A stretch of 64,000 nt of DNA from the human T2T-CHM13v2.0 reference genome, Homo sapiens. The notes under the pieces were generated by a model. It saw only the letters and a program-made list of their open reading frames with translations, searched no databases and was not told where the DNA came from. Of this stretch, positions 15,301 through 30,589 are shown in pieces. Made by a program: the position numbers and the translations under genes. How positions within the stretch are numbered: the stretch's first letter is position 1; every line of letters begins with the position of its first letter. The stretch is taken from assembly GCF_009914755.1 (NCBI RefSeq), contig NC_060930.1, one strand, 5' to 3'.

Positions 15301-18300
15301 ATTATCAAGCCACCACTACAAGAACTGCTAAAAGGAGCTCTAAATCTTGAAACAAATCCTAGAAAAACATCAAAACAGAACCTCCTTAATGCATAAATCT
15401 CACAGGTCCTATAAAACAAAAATACAATTAAAAAAACAAACAAACAAAAAACCAAGGTATACAGGCAACAAATAGCACGATGAATGGAATGGTACCTCAC
15501 ATTTCAATACTAATTTTGAATGTAAATGGCCTAAATGCTCCACTTAAAAGATACAGAATTGCAGAATGGATAAGAATTCACCAACCATCTGTTGCCTTCA
15601 AGAGATTCACCTAAGATATAAGGACTCACATAAAGGGGTGGAAAAAGACATTCCATGCAAATGGACACCAAAAGTGAGCAGAAGTTGCTATTCTTATATC
15701 AGACAAAGCAAATTTTAAAGCAACTGCAGTTAAAAAAGACAAAGAGGGACATTATATAATGATATAAGGCCTTGTCCAACAGGAAAATATCACAGTCCTA
15801 AATATACATGCACCTAACACTGGAGCTCCCAAATTTATAAAACAATTACTAATAGACCTAAGAAATGAAATAGACAGCAACATCATAATAGTGGGGGACT
15901 TCAATACTCTGCAGACAGCACTAGACAGGTCTTCAATACAGAAAGTCAACAAAGAAACAATGGATTTAAACTATACTCTGGAACAAATGGACTTAACAGG
16001 TATATACAGAACATTCCACCCAACAGCCACAGAATATACATTCTATTCAACAGTATGGAACTTTTTCTATGATGGATCATATGATAGGCCACAAAAGAAG
16101 CCTCAACATACTTAAGAAAATTGATATTATATCAAGCACCCTCTCAGACCACAGTGGAATACAACTGGAAATCAATTCCAAAAGGAACCTTCAAAACCAT
16201 ACAAATACGTGGAAATTAAATAACCTGCTCCCAAATGATCGAGTCAAAAATGAAATCAAGATGGAAATTAAAAAATTCTTCAAACTGAACAACAATAGTG
16301 GCACAACTTATCAAAGCCTCTGGGATACAGCAAAGGCGGTGCTAAGGGGGAAGTTCATAGTCTTAAATACCTACATCAAAAAGTCGAAAGAGCACAAACA
16401 GACAATCTAAGGTTGTACCTCAAGGAAACAGAGAAACAAGAACACACAAAACCCATACCCAGCAGAAGAAAGAAAATAACCACGATCAGAGCAGAACCAA
16501 ATGAAATTGAAACAAAAAAAATACAAAAGATAAATGAAACAAAAAGCTGGTTCTTTGAAAAGATAAATAAAATTGATAGACCATTAGCAAGATTAACCAG
16601 GAAAAGAAGAAAGAAAATCCAAATAAACTCAATTAGAAATGAAGCAGGAGATATTACAACTGGCACCACAGAAATACAAAAGATTCTTCAAAGCTGCTAA
16701 GAACACCTTTACACACATAAACTAGAAAAGCTAGAGGAGATGGATAAATTCCTGGAAAGAAACAACCCTCCTAACTTAAATCAGGAAGAATAGCTACCCT
16801 GAACAGATCAATAAGAAGATTGAAGTGGTAATTTAACAATTACCAACAACAATTTAAAAAAAGTCCAGGACCAGATGGATTCATAGCAGAATTCTACCAG
16901 ACATTCAAAGAAGAATTGGTACCAATCCCATTGACACTTTTCCACAAGACAGAGAAAGAGAGAACCATTCCTCAATCATTCTATGAAGCCAGTATCACAC
17001 TAATACCAAAACCAGGGACATAACCAAAAACAAAAACTACAGACCAATATCCCTGATGAATATAGATGCTAAAATCCTCAACAAAATACTAGCTAACCAA
17101 ATCCAGCAACATATCAAAAAGATAATCCGCCATGATCAAATGGGTTTCATACCAGGGATGCAGGGCTGGTTTAACACATGCAAGTCAATAAATGTGTTAC
17201 ACCACATGAACAGAATTAAAAACAAAAATCACATGATCATCTCAATAGATGCAGAAAAAGCATTCGACAAAATCCAGCATCGCTTTATGATTAAAACTCT
17301 CAGCAAAATCAGCATACAAGGGACATACCTCAATATAATGAAAGCCATCTATGACAAACCCACAGTCAACATAATATTGAACGGGGGAAAGTTGAAAGTG
17401 TTCGCTTTGAGAACTGGAACAAGACAAGGATTCCCACTCTCACTACTCCTCTTCAACATAGTACTGGAAGTCCTAGCCAGAGCAATCAGACAAGAGAAAG
17501 AAATAAAAAGCATCCAAATCGGTAAAGAGGAAGTCATACTGTCGTTGTTTGCTGATTATATGATTGTTTGTCTAGAAAACCCTAAATATTTCTCCAGAAA
17601 GCTCCTAGAACTGATAAGAGAATTCAGCAAAGTTTCCAGATACAAAATTAATGTACACAAATCAATAGCTCTCCTATACAACAACAGCAACCAAGCAGAG
17701 AATCAAATCAAGAACTCAACCCCTTTTACAATAGCTGCAAAAAAAGAAAATAAAATACTTAGGAATATACCTAACCAAGGAGGTGAAAGACCTCTACAAG
17801 GAAAACTACAAAACACTGCTGAAAGAAATCACAGACAGCACAAACAAATGGAAACACATCTCTTGCTCATGGATGAGTAGAATCAATATTGTGAAAATGA
17901 CCATACTGCCAAAAGTAGTCTATAAATTCAACAGAATTCCCATCAAAATACCACCATCATTCTTCATAGAATTAGAAAAAAAAATTATAAAATTCATATG
18001 GAACCAAAAAAGAGGCTGCATAGCCAAAGGAAGACTAAGCAAAAAGAACAAATCTGGAGGCATCACATTACCTGATTTCAAACTATAGTATAAGGTCATA
18101 GTCACCAAAACAGTGTGGTAGTGGTATAAAAATAGGCACATAGACCAATAGAACAGAAGAGAGAACCCAGAAATAAACCCAAATAGTTCCGATCTTTGAC
18201 AACTGATCTTCGACAAAGCAAACAAAAACATAAAGTGGGGAAAGGACGCCCTTTTCAATATTTAGTGCTGGGACAATTGGCTGTACACATGTAGGAGAAT

Positions 18301-18664
18301 GAAACTGGATCCTCATCTCTCACCTTATACAAAAATCAACTCAAGATGGATTAAAAACTTAAATCTAATACATGAAACTAAAAATTCTAGAAGATAACAT
18401 TGGAAAAACCCTTCTAGACATTGACTTAGGCAAGGATTTCATGACCAAGAACCCAAAAGCAAATGTAATAAAAACAAAGATAAATAGCTGAGACTTAGTT
18501 AAACTAAAGAGCTTTTGCACAGCAAAAGGAACAGTCAACACAGTAAACAGACAACCCACAAAGTGGGAGAAAATCGTCACAATCTATACATCTGACAAAG
18601 AACTAATATTCAGAATCTACAATGAACTCAAACAAACTAGCAAGAAAAAAAAAACAAACAATCC

Positions 18665-18935
<271 letters not shown>

Positions 18936-19437
18936 TCAAAAAGTGGGCTAAGGACATGAATCAACAGTTCTCAAAAGAAGATATGGCCAACAAACATATG
19001 AAACAGTTCTCAAAAGACAAATGGCCAACAAACATGAAAAAATGCTCAGCATCACTAATGATCAGGAAAATGCAAATCAAAACCACAATGCAATACTAAC
19101 TCACTCCTGCAAGAATGGCCATAATCAAAAAAATAAAAAAACAGGAGATGTTGGTGTGGATGCGGTGGTTAGGGAACACTTCTACACTGCTGGTGGGAAT
19201 GTAAACTAGTACAGCCATTATGGAAAACAGTGTGGAGACTCCTTAAAGAACTAAAAGTAGAATTACCATTTGATCTAGCAATCCCACTACTGGGTTGGGT
19301 ATCTACCCGGAGGGAAAGAAGTCATTATATGAAAAAGATACATGCACACGCATGTTTATAGCAGCATAATTTACAATTGAAAAATGGGGAACCAACCTAC
19401 ATGCCCATCAATCAACAAGTGGATAAAGAAACTGTGA

Positions 19438-19463
19438 TACACACACACACACACACACACACA
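19438..19463. repeat. (CA)n microsatellite in the L1PB 3' region
   Basis: About 12 CA units. Confidence 0.95.
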
Positions 19464-21789
19464 ATGGAATACTACTCAGCCATAAAAAGGAATGAATTAA
19501 TGGCATTCACAGTGACCCGGAGACTATTATTCTAAGTGAAGTAACTCAGGAATGTAAAACCAAACATCATAGGTTCTCACTCATAAGTGAGAGCTAAGCT
19601 ATGTGTCACTCTTATGTGACTCTTATGTGTCACATAAGAGTGACACAATGGACTTTGGGGACTCACGGGGAAAGGGTGGGAAGGGGGTGAGGGATAAAAG
19701 ACTATAAATTGAGTGCAGCATATACTGCTCGGGTGATGGGTGCAACAAAATCTCACAAATCACCACTAAAGAACTTATGTAACCAAACACCACCTGTTCC
19801 CCAATAACCTATGGAAATAAAAAAAATTAATAAAAAAACTAAAAAATAAAGTTACAGTAATCAAGACAGATTGGTATTTGTGCAATGATTAACAATTAGA
19901 TCAGTAAGGCAGGATAGGGAGTGCAGAAATAGACCCACACATTATTGACTTCTGATTTTTGACAAAGGTGCACAGGCAATTCAGTGAAGCAACAGTAATC
20001 TTTTCAACAAATAGTGCTGAAACAGTTGAAAATCCATCTGCAAAAGAAGAAAAGAACTTTAACCCCTACCTCGCATCATTCACAAAAATTAACTTACAAT
20101 AGACCATAGACCTAAACATAAAGCCTAAAACTATAAAACTGCTGGAAGAAAATATAGATCCCTGTGATCTTAGGTTGGGCAAAGATTTCTCAGACATGAA
20201 AAATACAATCCGTAAAATAACAAACTGACAAGTTGTTCATCATAATTTAAACTTCATCATAATTTAAAACTTACATTATTTGAAAGACATTGTTAGGTAA
20301 ATGAAAAGACAAGACATAGACTGGGAGAAAATATTTGCAAATCATGTCGTATGTCAGATAAATGACTTGTATCTAGAATATATAAAGAACTCTTAAAATT
20401 AAAAACAACAACACAATTTTTAAAAAATCAGTAAAATAGTTCAACAGGCATTTCACCAAATATGATACACAATTATTAAATAAGCACATGAAAAGATGCT
20501 CAACATCATTAGGGAAATACATACTAAAACCACAATGAGATATCCCTTCCCACCATCGGAATGGCTAAAATTAAAGAGTCACCATACCAAGAAAAGCTGA
20601 GTATGTGAAGGAACTGGAACTCCCATACACTGCTGGTGGGGTTACGAAATTGTATAACCACTTCGGAAAACAGTCTGACAATTTCTTAAAATGTCAACAT
20701 ACATTTACCATATGATCCAGCATTTCTACTAGGTATTTCTCCAAGAGAAATGGAAGCACATGTATGTATAAAGACTAGTACAGGAATGTTCATAGCAGCT
20801 TTATTTGTAGTAGCCTAAAATGGGAAGCAGCCCAAATGTCCACGAACAGGTGAATGAATAAACAAATGGATATCTATACAATGAAATGGTATTCAGCAAT
20901 ACAAAACAATGAAATTGACATATATGACAATATGAATGAATTTCAAATAATTATGATGAGTGAAGGAAGCTAGGCAGAAAGAGACATATTGCATGACTCC
21001 ATTCATATAAAATTCTAGAAAGTGCAAATGAATGTACAGTAACAGATAATAAATGAGTGATTGCCTGAGGATTGAGGGAGTGGGAGGGGTGGGGGACAGG
21101 GATAGGAAAGGACACAAGAAAACTTTGGGGGTGGTGGGTATGTTCACCATTTGATTGTGTTGATGAATTTGTGGGCATATCCATATGTCAAAACATATCA
21201 AATTGTACACTTGAGATATGTGCAGTTCATTGTATGCAATTGTACCCCAGATGAGCTACTTAAAGAGACAAAAAAAGGAAAAACTTTACAATTATGCTCT
21301 CAAAACTTTCTGTGTGGATCGGGATTACCTTGGATCCTGTAGATGGTACTACTTATCTCCTCTCTTTCTTGAAACTTTCTTTTGCCACCATTTTCCTAAC
21401 ATTATTCCCTCTAGGCTCCTTTCTCACCTCTCAGAGCCTCCTGTCTTCTCTGTTTTTTTCTTGGTTCTTATCCTTCCTCCTATGTCTTAAACAAGAGCAT
21501 TCTTTAGGGTCTGTAGTTGGTTTCTCTTTTATTCTGATATATACTCCTTTCTGAGGCATCTCTCCATCCTTCCACCTCAGCTACTATCTATACAATAATA
21601 AATCCCAAATCTACATGGCAAGACTTGGCCTCTCCATATTCCTACCAGGCTCCGATCAAACACCTCTACACCACTTCCAACTTAAGACTGCAAAATGACA
21701 TATCTTCCCCCATCCACACCTGCTGCCCAGCATGTGTTGAGGTCTCGGTTTGCAGCACCACCATCTCTGCAGTTAACCATTGCACAGTG

Positions 21790-21980
21790 GATGAGAGCAT
21801 GGGCACTGGATTTGAGTCCTAACTTTGTCACTTATCAGATTTGTTTCTTGGGCAAGTCATTTACCTTCTCTTTGCTTTGCTTCTTCATCTTTATGAGTCT
21901 GTTCCACATAAGATTACTGTGAGGATTAAATAAGATTATAAACATAAACTGTTGTATATCGTGCCTGACAAATAGTAAGT
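21790..21980 (+). mobile_element. MIR within L2 debris
   Basis: cttgggcaagtcatttacctt...gtgaggattaaataag...gtgcctgacaaatagtaagtgttca. Confidence 0.65.
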
Positions 21981-22467
21981 GTTCAAAGATTACTTTGTGG
22001 TAATCTTTGAATTGCATGTGTCACGGCTGTTTGTTTCATTTCTGCAGCTTTCTTGTCCCCTTCTCTCTCCCTCTGCCATCTCTAATCCCAAACTCATTAT
22101 ATCTTGCTACCATGATGAGACAGCCTATTCTGATCTCTTCTCTTCAGTCCCTTCTTTAAAGTCCTACCTAAGTGACCACTGAGCTCAGGTCAGGTCATGT
22201 ACTTCCATGATCAAAGACCTTTAATTGGTCACCTTTGTTCAAATAGCATGGGACATAACAGGACATTCCAGAGTCTAATAGCTCTAACACCACCCCACTC
22301 TTCCAGCCTCAACGTGTAAGACACTCTCTGGCCTGAACCCCACATCATCCAGCTACTCTCAATTATTCTGCCCTATCCTCCTTAAACCCTAACCAGCGCT
22401 CCTGTCATGTGTTTGAGGAGGGCATTCTTCAGCTACCCACCTTCCAGGATCAGCTCAAATATCCCTC

Positions 22468-22763
22468 TTTCTTTTTTTCTTAGCCAGGTCTCATTCTGTC
22501 ACCCAGGCTGTGGAGTGCAGTGGCACGATCATGGCTCACTGCAGCCTTGACCTCCCCAGGCTCAAGCAATCCTCCCACCTCAGCCTCCCGAGTAGCTAGG
22601 ACTACAGGTGTATGCCACGGCACTTGGCTAATGTTTTATCTTTTGTAGAGACAGGATTTCACCATGTTTCCCAGGCTGGTCTCAAACTCCTGAGCTCAAG
22701 CAATCCACCCACCTCAGCCTCCCAAAGTGCTGAGATTACAGGCATGAGCCACTGTGCCCAGCC
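22468..22763 (-). mobile_element. AluJ
   Basis: Antisense Alu with gatcatggctcactgcagccttga and gctcaagcaatcc. Confidence 0.9.
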
Positions 22764-24249
22764 CAATTCCATGGCTGGAATTAATCAGTCTCTCTTCAGT
22801 GCTTCCACTATACTTTGTTTATATGTTGATCTGGAAGCTAACATTATTGTCATTTATTTTCCTGTTCCCCTAACTTACCTTTGTTTAGGCATTCAATGAA
22901 GGCTTGCTGAATGGAAATGAAACAGGAAGAAAGAATATGACAAACAGTCTGCCTAACAGCTGCCTGACATCTCCCTGGTAATGTCACTTGCTCACAGAGG
23001 TTCTTTGAAGATTGACACTTTACAAATTAGCATCCTGTTCAAACTGAAAGAGCACCAGAGAAACATCTCAATGGAAGGCATGCAAGTATAATAGCAGTAA
23101 CACCATTCACAGGTTTGCAGAGTGGGAGAAGAGAAATACGTGAGTAAATGAATGCTGACTTAAACTCAGGTATTCTGAAGGGTTCCTCCTGAAATTAAGA
23201 TGTCTCTCTTCTGAAAGAGAAGTTGCTAACTCTTCATTGATCAGGAATGCAGGCATGTACCCTGAGACCCTCTCCAGTCTTATTATTTTGTAAATTAGGG
23301 TGCAAACTTTACAGCTGGGGCTAAGACTGCATGACCATGCAAAGTCCCTGATGCAAGAATGTGGGAGGCACTGACAGCGGCTTGCCCTTGATAGACTCCT
23401 CCAGCCACCACTAAAGGGCGCCAGGGACAGGGTTAGAGTGTGACAGAAGGAATGAGCCCAAGAAGGTGGCTGCCAGTTTCTCTTCCCCACATTCTTCCAA
23501 ATTCTCCAGGGCATCTTTTGAATATGACTCTTTTAGTCAGTTTTCATTTTTAGACCAATATTTTTGGAAATTTTTCACTAAAGCAGTCAATGACAACTCA
23601 ACATAGTCAACAAGTCAATGTCAACTTTGACATTGGTCCATTGATTGCCCTTTCTTTTCCCAGAAACTCTGGAGTTACCACACAACCCATACCACTATCA
23701 ATGAGAGGCCACCTTCTAACTGCGAATGGTGGACCACAGGAAAGGCCCAGTAGAGCAGAGGAGAGTATATGACCTCATGCAGCCAGCAAGGACGAATGTA
23801 CCTCAGGAAGAAGGAGATGGGGCTACATCATGGGCCACTCCGCCACGGACACTGTGGCCATTCTCTGTTTGTCTATCTCCACTCTTAAAGGCCAGGGGCC
23901 ATGACTTACTCTTCTTTGTATACCCAGCATCTAGTTCAGAAGTTGGGTTCTAGTAGAATTAAATGTTTGTTGAATAAATGAATAAACCAATGCACTTCTC
24001 AGAGAAGTATTCTGAGTAGGATATATGAGGAAGAATTTCTACTTGTGGGAAAAGCCTTGTTTCTCTTTCCTTGGTATTAATTGTATCAACTATGTATAAA
24101 GGAACATTCACTTTTTTCTAGACATAAGTACTTAGGTACAGTGGCATAACTATTAAGAAATTTTTAACTCTAAAATTTAGGAAATACAGGGAAAACTCTT
24201 CTGTGTCTGAGAATACATAGAAAGAATATACATAACAACAAGTTTTGCT

Positions 24250-24935
<686 letters not shown>

Positions 24936-25074
24936 TAGGGGGCCCTCACGTGTAGCACCTCACAGACATACTGTGAATCAGCAATTTTGACATATGGTTG
25001 CTTGTCTCTCTCTCTCAAGGCAATAGAGTCACATATGTGAAAACATTGTTCATGGTCTGCCTTCTTTACATGAC

Positions 25075-25145
25075 AGATGTGTTTATGTGGCCATGTGTGT
25101 GCATGTCCGTGCGTGTGTATGCGCCCATGTGTGTGCACACACACA
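25075..25145. repeat. Imperfect (TG)n/(CA)n alternating purine-pyrimidine tract
   Basis: gtgtgtgcatgtccgtgcgtgtgtatgcgcccatgtgtgtgcacacacac. Confidence 0.75.
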
Positions 25146-27617
25146 ACTTTCTCATCCACTGAACTTCTGGTCAGGGAATGTTCCAAACATTCTGCTGTCA
25201 CAGTCTTTGTAAATGTAAAGCCCTGATAGATAAATACTTGACCTTGGTGTAAACGTTCCATGGGATTATAGTCTTAAGGTGGAAAAAAACCAAACCAAAC
25301 AAATAACTCAGGAAGCTTAAGGTGATTTGGAATGGACATTCGGGTCTTGGATTGACACTGTTTATTCTGCTATAATTAAAATTAATGAAACTGGGCTGTA
25401 ACTAGATAGACTATGTGTTAATACTGTGCCAAGTACACATGAGATTAATATCATCAAGGTTAATAACTATTTTAGCAAAATCAACAAAGACCAGTCATAT
25501 TTCTTAATTTGGATAGTGTCATATTAAAACAAATTTGAAAAACCCTCCTCTTTGAACATCTGTTTATGTAATAACATACATGAAGGCATTTCTTGGACTT
25601 GCCAAGCTTTTGTGGTAATCTTAGATCACTAATGCTATAATATATAACCTAACAGAAGTGCAATGAGGGATATTTCTTCCTAAGATGAGATTTGGAACAT
25701 AAAGAAATCCTAGGAGACATAGACAGTATGTCATGGAATCAAGTTTTTCATCACAACTTACTCAAATATGCCCCTAGCCTTTCATTTTTCGTGTGTCTCA
25801 TTTTTATGAACAGCCCTTTTGCTGAGTGGTCAAGCCATATTCTGCCTCACTCTATAATATTCATGTGATAAATCCTTTTCTTTGTTAAGTCAGTTTATCC
25901 TCCACTGCCCTAAGACCAGTCTGTTGGATGCTCTTGTCACCCAGCCATTCATTACCACTGAACCCCGGAAGTAGCCTCCAAAAAGGAAGAGAAAATAAGA
26001 AATCCCCAAGATCATAACCATGGCTTCCCTTCAGTGTCTTCCAAGTCGAAACGTTTTTCAGAGTTGTTGCAAAGATTCCCATCCGTAATACTCACTGCAT
26101 CTCAGCCTCCCATTGACATTGAACGTCCCAGGGACAATAAAACGATGCTGATGTCATCATCGGGGACTTGGAGACTTCCTGTAGTTTCCAAGTTTCATCT
26201 CTGGCTGGATGAAATTTTCAGTATTTCAAAAACTGCAGCAAGTACAGGTCTAGATAGCCTCATGGATATCAAGATCCCTTATTGGCCTCTACTTCACAGC
26301 TATTACAGGCCAGTTAATTCAGTGGGACATCTGGTATTTGGGATAGACTCTGCAAAAAGAGGGTGAATCTGTTTTATAGTTTTACTCATTCCTGGAAAAA
26401 CATCTGTAATATGTAACATGTAAATGGGCCTATGGTATTTTATTTAGATAATTCTGAGGTATAAATGTATGAATCACATTGCTTTAGAATACCCTGGAAA
26501 AGTCAACGTGCAGGGTATGGCCTGGCATCACAGGGGCTGATGCAGGGGAAATGCAGTCCAAGTGCCAGCCCCAGAGGAAGTGCTCCATGTGTGTACACCT
26601 CTGTGATGATTGCACGCTGATGCCCTCCTATCTTCAGCACTTCCCTGCCCGTGCAAGTTATCTAGAGATCAAGTCTCAGAAAAAAGTTACTACCTTAAGT
26701 TTGTAACTCAATACAATTGAAACTACTTCTGAAGGATTTGAGTGAAGGGAGCAGAGGCTCCCAATAACCTCTTGTTTCTTCACACTTCCTTCCCCTTTCT
26801 TCATTCCAAATTCTGACATGCTACTGAGCTTTTCTTGACTTCTAGACTTGCCCACAACTGTTAAGTCTGTCCCTTCCATCTCAGAGCCTTTATTTTTGTA
26901 GCATAGGATCTAACCCAAGGGAAAGCAAGCATGTCAGCCTCACACGATGAGGGTCCATGCTCACTGGGTAGAGTCATTACACCAACTTTAAAGCTTACTC
27001 CAAACTTATGTCATATTCTGGATAGCGATAATTCTCATTCACTTATTCAACGAATATTTGTTAGTCTATCATATACCACAGACTGTCCCAGATACTGGGA
27101 CAGATTTTTACTATGAGTTTTTAAGACTAAGAGAAAATAATCCCAGTTCTAGAAAACCACAGAAGGCATCTGGCAAAATCAGCAGAAGTTAGAGGAGGTG
27201 TTGCAAATCTGTATGTTTCTGATTCTGGCCTCATTAAATGTCTGATCAAAGAGCTATAATAATAACCTGGACTTTTCCCTCAGTGTCAGGGCTGAGCACT
27301 TCACCAGAGGCAGGATCCTCTACAGTGAAGGGGCACCCCCAGCCAGGTTATGAGCCTCCATTTTCTGTGGTTTTTCCCCATTGTCTCCTACTTGGGCTTG
27401 CTCTAATTGAAGTGTGCCTGGAGCTTCCAGGCTGCAGGTAGGAATTACAGGAAGAGTGAGTGAGGAGGCAGAAGGAGCTATTTACCATGGCAGAACAAAA
27501 ATGTGTGCATCCGTTACTTAACGCAATGGGGGTCCCATCTGAAATTTATTGTTGGAAAGAATACTAATGACTAGAAACACTATTACTGCCAACCATCTGG
27601 AAGATGCTCAGTGAGGA

Positions 27618-28166
27618 TGTCAAAGGCATTTAAACGAGAGCAACTCCATCTTGAATAGGGGCTAGGTAAAATGAGGCTGAGACCTACTGGGCTGCATTCC
27701 CAGACAGTTGAGGCATTCTAAGTCACAGGATGAGATAGGAGGTCAGCACAAGATACAGGTCATAAAGACCTTGCTGATAAAATAGGTTGCAGAAAGAAGC
27801 CACCCAAAACCCACCCACCAAAACCAAGATGGTGATGACAGTGACCTCTGGTCGCCCTTACTGCTACACTCCCACCAGCACGACAGTTTACAAATGCCCT
27901 GGCAATGTCAGGAAGTTACCCTACATGGCCTAAAAAGGGGTGGCATAAATAACCGCCCCCCCGCGTTTAGCATATAATCAAGAACTAACCATAAAAATGG
28001 GCAACCAGCAGCCCTCGGGGCTGCTCTGCCTGTGGAGTAGCCATTCTTTTATTCCTTTACTTTCTTAATAAACTTGCTTTCACTTTACGAACTCGCCCTT
28101 AATTCTTTCTTGTGCAAGATCCAAGAACTCTCTCGGGGTCTGGATCTGGACCCCTTTCCTGTAAGA
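27618..28166 (+). mobile_element. MER41A-type ERV1 solo LTR in the SMLR1 intron (sense)
   Basis: tgtcaaaggcattt...gcaactccatcttgaataggg...ggacccctttcctgtaaga. 4-bp TSD agga at 27614-27617 and 28167-28170. AATAAA at 28067. Lacks the ttccgggaa GAS block of MER41B. Confidence 0.9.
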
Positions 28167-30589
28167 AGGACAGCATAGCTGAGTGGATCAAAGTAGTCCT
28201 CCCTGATGGCAGTTTTTGTTCTGTTGAGACTGAGCCCAAAGCAAACCGGGTGAGAAATGTGGGGGCCCTGGATGGTGTCCTTGACAGATTCCTGGTCAGG
28301 GTAGCAGCTGATGGGCAAGCTGCACTATACATTCCCTCCAGAAGTTTATATTCAAACCATCTTTCGGTTGTATTTCCCTCCTCTCCCACATGGAATCAGT
28401 GCATCTATTTTTTTTTGGAGTAATTCTTGATTATATTTTCCAGTGTTAGCAGCCAACTATAGACTATGGATATTTTCGTTTTTAGGTTGATCTGGTCCCT
28501 TTAATTCCAAATAGTCTTTCTCCTAAGAAGAAAAGCCACCCAAACTCTAAGAACATGTACCTTTGAAAAAATTATAGTTCTGGCACCATTTTCCTAAGGG
28601 TAAGTAGTACTGTCTTCTCTCCAGTTTGAGGGCAAATGAGATCACTGGACTCGAAATAAAATATCACCAGTTTGTATCTCCATTTCGCAGCATCCACTTA
28701 AAAAACTGTCAACAGATGGTCAAATGTCATGTCGTTAATCTTCCAACCAGGGTTATGGCAAATGTAATCATTTCTGTTTTATTCCTGTAAAGAGAGGGAC
28801 ATTGATAGATTAACTGGCATGTTCGCAGAACCCCAGAGTCCTGCATTCTAAAACAGAAAACCAGCTTGCCTGTCTCATACAGCTGGGTCTGTCAGACAAG
28901 AGAGCCATTTTAAGATGTGATGGAAAGCATGTGGAGGTATTGTAATCACTCAACATTAATCCCCACACTTCAAGCCTTAGGAGGTAATGGTGCACGTAAA
29001 TTTAATTAGTATGTAGGGAACATCAATTTTCTCGCAAAGGAAGAAAGAAAATTCTCTAACATCCCGCACTCTTCAATCTGTGTCAATTTCCTTGAGGAGT
29101 AGCTCTTGGGGTGGAAGTATGTGTCATGAACTTCCCATAGCCAATCCCTGCATCAGCCATTGTCATGGACATTTTGCATCTTCTAGGTTGGAAGTTTTCA
29201 TTATCTTATTTCCCTAAGTCCTGAGATTCCCAAACCTTTACTTCCAGGCCACCCCACCCCCAAAACACCATCGCCCTGATCAGGAACAAATTGTTGTCTA
29301 AAATGACAAACATGGCCAAAAATAGTCATTATTTAATTAAATTTTAAAACGTGTCTACTGAAATGCCTAAATGTTTTTGCACGGAGTTGGACCCAAAAAG
29401 AAAGTCAGGTAGTTAACCAGGTCTTGGCCTTCAGCAACGCACATCCTAAAACAAATAACTAAAGTACTGATAATATACAGGCTGGCTAGGCATCTTCCAC
29501 TGAACTTCATACTCACTCTACTCAACCTCTTGAAGCTTCGGCCTCCTGGTCTGTAAAATAGAAATAACAGCAGGACATACTATAGGACGGGTATGGTGAT
29601 TAAGCGAGGTAATACATATAAGGTTCTTAACAGTGCCTGTTCTGAACAACTGTTAGTCATTATTATCCTGCTAGCTTGAGAATTCTAAGAAGGCACTGTT
29701 TGTGTCATTATAGCATTACAGTAGCTATTATTAAAATAGTCTTGGGATAATTAAGTACATTGCCCAAGGTTACCTACCCACAAAGTGGTAGAAAGAGCAT
29801 TCGAACCCTGGCTGGCTCCAGAGATAGCCCCTCTTCACCGACGCACCACCTCTGGAGTATCGAGTCCTCAGTAGGGGTTCTATCTGTTGAGTCCTTTTGG
29901 TCCAGACAGATAAACTTACCACCAATTGTGGGACAGTTTTAAACAAGGCAAAAATTTTACAACATCTTTGAAGAATTTGATCAATCTCTTAATATAACGG
30001 GGGTCATAATAGTTATTGATGATGGTGATTCCTCCACATAAAGATCTGCCTGAGTCAAATCACATTTCTTTACCTGGGAACTAACAGGGCACACTGCATT
30101 GCTTGCAGGATTTTCCACAACCATGACCTTGGGTGTTCTCAAGGCCAACTGCCTATCGAATCTCTCTGCACATCCTCCTTAATAGACCCAATGAAATGAA
30201 ATGACAGCCAAATTGCAAGCTCTTTTAGGTTAGGGAGGCATTATTTTACTTCTCTCACTCTCCATATGGTGCCTAGCAAAGACACTTAATTCACTGGGTA
30301 GATGATTCACTGTAGATTGACGAGCTTCCTCTTGGCCTCTCCATTCTAGTTCTCTCTCCACTCTTAAGAGTTCACTTTTTTTCTGTCTCATTATTCAGGT
30401 CACCCATTTTCAGCTCTACAATCTGTATCCTGGTCCCTCATTCAAAGCACCCTATTGTGCAGTTAGCCATTGGTAATAAGAGTAAAAGGGAATAAAGTAC
30501 TCATATTTCAGTGAGTTAAAAGTCTAAGCCATGGGCCATCTCCAAGGAATACCTTTGAAATAGCGATAATCTACGGAAAGTCAGTGTGA

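Noticed and set aside
17056-17880. 274-aa reverse transcriptase ORF as a functional or novel RT
   Set aside because: Fragment of L1 ORF2 with FADD mutated to FADY and flanking frameshifts and stops.
27880-27960. MER41 as an interferon-gamma/STAT1 enhancer
   Set aside because: The tandem GAS segment typical of MER41B is absent in this copy.
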